Source of the DNA: an uncultured Chloroflexia bacterium
GTDB lineage: Bacteria; Chloroflexota; Chloroflexia; QHBQ01; JADMIH01
Assembly (NCBI GenBank): GCA_963797095.1
Contig: CAWCNY010000006.1
Span: 320,001 to 384,000, forward strand
Reading direction: 5' to 3'
Length of the DNA: 64,000 nt
In this document: positions 59,632 through 64,000 of the stretch, one piece after another
Position numbering within the stretch: position 1 is the stretch's first letter
Layout of the letters: every line of letters starts with the position of its first letter
Program-made: the position numbers and the translations under genes
Notes under the pieces: generated by a model
Seen by the model: the letters and a program-made list of their open reading frames with translations, nothing else
The model's database searches: none
What the model was told of the DNA's origin: nothing

Positions 59632-59674
59632 CCGACTACCGACTACCGACTACCGACTACCGACTACCGACTAC
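59632..59674. repeat. Heptamer tandem repeat (CGACTAC)x6, STRR-like
   Basis: Direct reading; a partial complement GGTAGTCGGTAGTC lies just upstream. Confidence 0.9.
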
Positions 59675-59695
59675 CACCCAAAGAAAGGCCACCAA

Positions 59696-60781
59696 ATGAT
59701 AGTAATAATGCGCATGTCAGCAGACGCCCACGAAGTTGGCGGAGTTATCCAACGAATACGCGACCTCGGCTATCGCCCCCACGTTTCCAGTGGCTCCGAG
59801 CGCGTGATCATCGGCATTATCGGTAACGACCGCCCCCTTGACCCCGAAGACTTCCTCTCCCTCGGTGGTGTCGAGCGCGTGGTACCCATCCTCCACCCCT
59901 ACAAATTGGTCAGCCGCGACTTCAAACCTGCCGACACCGTCATCAGGGTGAACGACGCCCTCATAGGAGGCAACAATGTCACCGTGATGGCCGGGCCATG
60001 TTCGGTTGAGAGCCGCGAGCAGACCTTCGAGGTTGCGCGCCAGATGCGCGCCCTGGGCATCAAAATCCTGCGCGGCGGGGCTTTCAAGCCTCGCACTTCC
60101 CCCTACTCCTTCCAGGGCCTCGGCGAGGACGCCCTCCAGATCCTGGCCGACGTGCGCAGCGAGCTAGGAATGTCCATCGTCACCGAGGTCATGTCCCCCG
60201 ACGAGGTTCCGCTGGTGGCCGAATACGCCGACATCCTTCAGATCGGCACCCGCAATATGCAGAACTACCGCCTCCTCGAAGAAGTGGGCCGCCAGAGCAA
60301 GCCCGCCCTCCTCAAGCGCGGTATGAGCTCCACCATCGAAGAACTGCTCCTCGCCGCCGAGTACATCCTGGCCCAGGGCAATACCCAGGTGATCCTCTGC
60401 GAGCGCGGTATCCGCACCTTCGAGCACGCCACCCGCTCCACCTTCGACCTCAACGCTATCCCGGTCCTCAAGTCCCTCACCCACCTCCCCGTGATCGCCG
60501 ACCCTAGCCACGGCACGGGCCGCTGGGACCTCGTCACCCCCGTATCGCTGGGGGCCGTGGCTGCGGGCGCTGATGGCCTGATCGTCGAGGTTCACAGCCA
60601 CCCTGAGCAGGCCCTCTCTGATGGCGGCCAATCCCTCCGCCCCGACAAGTGCGCTATCTTGCTGGAAAACCTCAAGCGAGTGGCCGAGGCTGTAGGGCGT
60701 GGCTTGGACCTCGCCTCCACCCTACCCCTACCCGACCACGAACCAAATGTGGCCGTACCCGTAGGTACCAATGCAGCTTAG
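59696..60781 (+). CDS. aroF: DAHP synthase (type I-beta, N-terminal regulatory domain)
   Basis: [27 protein letters not shown] and DPSHGTG motifs. Confidence 0.95.
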   Translation: MIVIMRMSADAHEVGGVIQRIRDLGYRPHVSSGSERVIIGIIGNDRPLDPEDFLSLGGVERVVPILHPYKLVSRDFKPADTVIRVNDALIGGNNVTVMAGPCSVESREQTFEVARQMRALGIKILRGGAFKPRTSPYSFQGLGEDALQILADVRSELGMSIVTEVMSPDEVPLVAEYADILQIGTRNMQNYRLLEEVGRQSKPALLKRGMSSTIEELLLAAEYILAQGNTQVILCERGIRTFEHATRSTFDLNAIPVLKSLTHLPVIADPSHGTGRWDLVTPVSLGAVAAGADGLIVEVHSHPEQALSDGGQSLRPDKCAILLENLKRVAEAVGRGLDLASTLPLPDHEPNVAVPVGTNAA

Positions 60782-61622
60782 CCAGGCCACCATCGCGATC
60801 TCCGGTCTCGGCCTGATGGGCTCCTCCCTCGCCCTGGCCCTTCGCGGTAAATGCGGCCTCCTGATCGGCGTCACCCGCCGCCCCGATCTGGCCGAGCGTG
60901 CCATCCAGACCGGAGTAGTAGATCGAGCCACCTGCGATCTTGCCGAGGTAGCTTCCCAGGCCGACATAGTGGTGCTCGCCACCCCCGTCCTCCACATAAT
61001 CGAGTCGATCCCTCGCGCTGCTGCCTCCATGCGCCCCGGCTCCCTCTTGCTCGACCTCGGCAGCACCAAGCGCGACGTAGTGGTCGCCATGAACGCCATC
61101 CCCGATACTCTGCTGGCAGTGGGCGGCCACCCAATGTGCGGCAAAGAGACAGGAGGCCTCGAAAGCGCCGACCCCTCCCTTTTCCGTGGCTGCACGTTCG
61201 TCCTCTCCCCCACCCTGCGCACCACCCCCGAAGCTCTGGCCCTTGCCCATGATCTGGTTGGCGCACTCGAAGCCCGCCCCCTGGTGCTCGACGCCGACCG
61301 CCACGACCGGGACGTGGCCGCCATCAGCCACCTGCCCTACCTCCTTGCCGTCTCTCTCATGCACACCGGGCAGCAGTTGGCCGAGCAAGACCCTGTATTG
61401 AGCGACCTCGCCGCCGGTGGCTTTCGCGACACCACCCGCCTGGCCGCCAGCCAGGTTGATATGATGCTCCACATACTTCTCACCAATCACGACGCTATCC
61501 TCCCCACCCTCGACTTGTTCGAGCGCAACCTCGCTCACCTTCGAGAACTGCTGAACGACCCTCCCGCCCTCGAACACTGGATGCAACGGGCGCAAGATGC
61601 CCGAAGGGGGATGCTTAAATGA
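60771..61622 (+). CDS. tyrA: Prephenate/arogenate dehydrogenase
   Basis: [23 protein letters not shown] and GFRDTTRLA motifs. Confidence 0.95.
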   Translation: MQLSQATIAISGLGLMGSSLALALRGKCGLLIGVTRRPDLAERAIQTGVVDRATCDLAEVASQADIVVLATPVLHIIESIPRAAASMRPGSLLLDLGSTKRDVVVAMNAIPDTLLAVGGHPMCGKETGGLESADPSLFRGCTFVLSPTLRTTPEALALAHDLVGALEARPLVLDADRHDRDVAAISHLPYLLAVSLMHTGQQLAEQDPVLSDLAAGGFRDTTRLAASQVDMMLHILLTNHDAILPTLDLFERNLAHLRELLNDPPALEHWMQRAQDARRGMLK

Positions 61623-62947
61623 CCCTTGCCACCCCTGCAAGCGACACACTCCACTTGCGCGGCCCCGCCCGCCCCCTCCTGGGCGAAGTGCGCGTGCCGG
61701 GCGATAAATCTATATCCCATCGTGCTCTCATGCTGGGGGCCATAGCCTCCGGCACCACCCGCATCACCAACTTCCTCCCCGCCAACGACTGCCTCGCCAC
61801 CCTCGAAGCGGTGCGCGCCCTCGGAGCCGAAGTAGAGTATCTCCCCGCAGGCGACCTCCTCATTCACGGCTGCGGCCTCCACGGCCTGCGCGAGCCTTAC
61901 CGCCCTATCGAGTGCGGTGGCTCAGGCACAACCATGCGCCTCCTCTCCGGCCTGCTGACGGGCCAACCCTTCTACAGCGTGCTTGCCTCCAACACCCAGC
62001 TAGGCAAACGCCCGATGGATCGCGTAGCCATCCCCCTTCGCCAGATGGGCGCGACCATCCTCGGCAGAGAAAACGGCAAGTTCCCGCCTCTCTCCATCTC
62101 CGGCGGCAACCTGCACGCCATCACCTACCGCCCGCCCGTCGCCAGCGCGCAGGTTAAGTCCGCCATCCTCCTCGCGGGGGTTTTCGCCGCTGGCCGTACT
62201 GTCGTCCAGGAACCTCTCCCCACCAGGGACCACACCGAGCGGATGTTGCAGGCGATGGGTGGCTCTGTAGAAACTCAGGATGGGACGGTCGCCATCGAGC
62301 CGCCTTCCTCCCTGGCCGCCCTAGACATCCATGTTCCCGGCGATATCTCCTCCGCTGCCTTCCTCCTGGTAGCTGCCTCCATAGTGCCCGGCTCCCGCCT
62401 GATCGTGCCGCGTGTCGGGATCAATCCGGGGCGCACCGGCATCCTGGACGCCTTGACCCGAATGGGCACGCAGATAACTTTACATAACAAACTGGTCGAA
62501 GCCAACGAGCCGGTGGCCGACATAGCGGCTTCCCACTCCCACCTTCGCAGCATAACTATCCCCCCTGAGGATGTGCCCGGCATAATAGACGAGCTTCCCG
62601 TGCTCGCTGTTGCCGCCACCCGGGCCGAGGGCGTAACCGAGGTGCGCGGAGCCTCTGAGCTACGCGTGAAAGAGACCGACCGCATAGCCACCACGGCGGA
62701 CGAGCTACGCCGCATGGGTGCTTCAATCGAAGTCCTACCCGATGGCTTCCGCATTCAAGGCCCCACCCCCCTCCGTGGCGCGCACGTCAGCAGCCACGGC
62801 GATCACCGCCTGGCGATGGCTCTCGCCGTGGCTGCCCTCGTTGCCGGTGGAGACACCGTCATCGATGGCGCGGCCTGCACCCATGACAGCTTCCCCGGCT
62901 TCGAGTCCTCCCTGTCGGCCCTTCTGGCCCAGGAGTTTCCCGCATGA
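61619..62947 (+). CDS. aroA: EPSP synthase
   Basis: PGDKSISHR, SAQVKSA, RDHTE, ELRVKETDR and DHRLAM motifs. Confidence 0.97.
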   Translation: MTLATPASDTLHLRGPARPLLGEVRVPGDKSISHRALMLGAIASGTTRITNFLPANDCLATLEAVRALGAEVEYLPAGDLLIHGCGLHGLREPYRPIECGGSGTTMRLLSGLLTGQPFYSVLASNTQLGKRPMDRVAIPLRQMGATILGRENGKFPPLSISGGNLHAITYRPPVASAQVKSAILLAGVFAAGRTVVQEPLPTRDHTERMLQAMGGSVETQDGTVAIEPPSSLAALDIHVPGDISSAAFLLVAASIVPGSRLIVPRVGINPGRTGILDALTRMGTQITLHNKLVEANEPVADIAASHSHLRSITIPPEDVPGIIDELPVLAVAATRAEGVTEVRGASELRVKETDRIATTADELRRMGASIEVLPDGFRIQGPTPLRGAHVSSHGDHRLAMALAVAALVAGGDTVIDGAACTHDSFPGFESSLSALLAQEFPA

Positions 62948-63813
62948 GCGACGAGCATCCCGAAAAGTTGGTCGGCTTGATCGGCTACCCGGTCGAGCAC
63001 AGTCTATCCCCCGTCATGCACAACGCCGCTTTCGCCCACATCGGCCTCAATTGGCGCTATGTTCTCCTCCCCGTGCCCGCGCAACACCTGTCCGAACAGA
63101 TCGGCAAGTGCCTCCAGCAGGGCTACGCCGGTTGGAACATCACCGTACCTCACAAACAACTAATGCTGGCTTACCTCGACAAAATGAGCGAGGAGGTACG
63201 GGTCACAGGCGCGTGCAACACCGTTCGCGTTCACGATAGTCGGTTGATGGGCTTCAATACAGACTCTTCCGGTTTCACGACGGGATTGGCCGAGGCCGGT
63301 GGTATCAATTCAGGCTCCCAGGTTGTCCTGATGGGTGCAGGTGGTGCCGCCCGCGCAGTCGCCTGGGCCCTTGCAACCTCAGGTCACGGCGTACTCGTCC
63401 TATCTCGCAACCCCGAACAATCCGCCTCCCTCAGCCGCGACCTGGCCCTCTCTGCCTATCTGTCAATCCGCCACGGCTGCCTCAGTCCCGCGGTCCTGAA
63501 TGACGCTTTACCAAACGCGTCGCTGCTGGTCAACTGCACCCCGGCGGGTATGTGGCCCCATACAGACACCACTCCTCTCCCCGAAGGCACAGACCTGCCT
63601 TCGCACCTTCTGGTCTACGACCTTGTCTACAGGCCTCGTCCCACCCGGCTGACCTCCGCCGCCAAGGCCGTAGGCTGCCGAGTGCAGGACGGCCTATCGA
63701 TGCTGGTCCACCAGGGCGCCGACGCATTCGAGCTATGGACAGGCTACCATGCCCCCCGCCACATAATGCGCGCCGCCTGCCTAAGCGCAGGAAGCGCAGA
63801 GGTACTCCCATGA
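62944..63813 (+). CDS. aroE: Shikimate dehydrogenase
   Basis: HSLSP.MHN, NITVPHK, NTD, GAGGAARA and DLVY motifs. Confidence 0.96.
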   Translation: MSDEHPEKLVGLIGYPVEHSLSPVMHNAAFAHIGLNWRYVLLPVPAQHLSEQIGKCLQQGYAGWNITVPHKQLMLAYLDKMSEEVRVTGACNTVRVHDSRLMGFNTDSSGFTTGLAEAGGINSGSQVVLMGAGGAARAVAWALATSGHGVLVLSRNPEQSASLSRDLALSAYLSIRHGCLSPAVLNDALPNASLLVNCTPAGMWPHTDTTPLPEGTDLPSHLLVYDLVYRPRPTRLTSAAKAVGCRVQDGLSMLVHQGADAFELWTGYHAPRHIMRAACLSAGSAEVLP

Positions 63814-64000
63814 GCAGAAAGGATGCAGGGGGCGAAGCCCCATGACAGGAGGATTGGGGTATGTTCCTGCCAGGCGTCCATGCTACCCAAGCAAAAGGGG
63901 GTGCAGGGGTACTCCCCTCACAGGGGGATTGGGGGTGTCCCGCCAACTCTACTTCTTCTTTCGTCTTCTCCCCTCTCCCCGAACACGGGGTGCCGACGAA

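Noticed and set aside
48508-59674. CRISPR array
   Set aside because: Only spacer-less 7-nt tandem repeats; no repeat-spacer structure and no cas genes in the window
63810-64000. Next aro gene (aroK/aroC) after aroE
   Set aside because: The ATG at 63810 closes after about 11 codons; the region has G-rich REP-like motifs (GGGGGTGCAGGGG, GGGGGATTGGGGGTGTCCC) only

Overview
A GC-rich bacterial chromosomal window, most consistent with Chloroflexota (inferred from gene content and style, not from a database search). It is mostly housekeeping and stress genes: AsnRS-paralog/pyrD/pyrF-pyrE, pepQ-efp-accB, TauE pair, clpP, a LinD-like gene, a YtrA-ABC operon, secG, a large minus-strand damage/detox cluster (alkA, VOC, DinB x3, uvrA, a PIN TA pair, GNAT, SRPBCC, LLM, PPOX), GT9 x2, prmA, glpD, a Trp T-box-controlled trpEGDCFBA operon and an aroH-aroF-tyrA-aroA-aroE operon. 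There are two IS elements and many REP-like and heptamer repeats. Highlights not visible in the ORF track: (1) a ~380-nt ncRNA candidate (30325->29947, minus strand) with its own sigma70-type promoter, two tandem circularly permuted tRNA-like modules (T-arm, closed acceptor, D-arm, as in YrlA Y RNAs) and a hexamer-repeat 5' segment. It lies directly behind a conserved unknown protein gene and no Ro60 gene is in the window, so it is the best candidate for an undescribed RNP system. (2) A 56-aa leader peptide with YYYWWYY plus terminator/antiterminator ahead of the aro operon. (3) A UxxC glutaredoxin-like selenoprotein with a SECIS-like hairpin. (4) An IS4 element inserted in the centre of a REP palindrome. 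(5) A 31-bp duplicated bidirectional promoter bracketing an inserted receiver gene.
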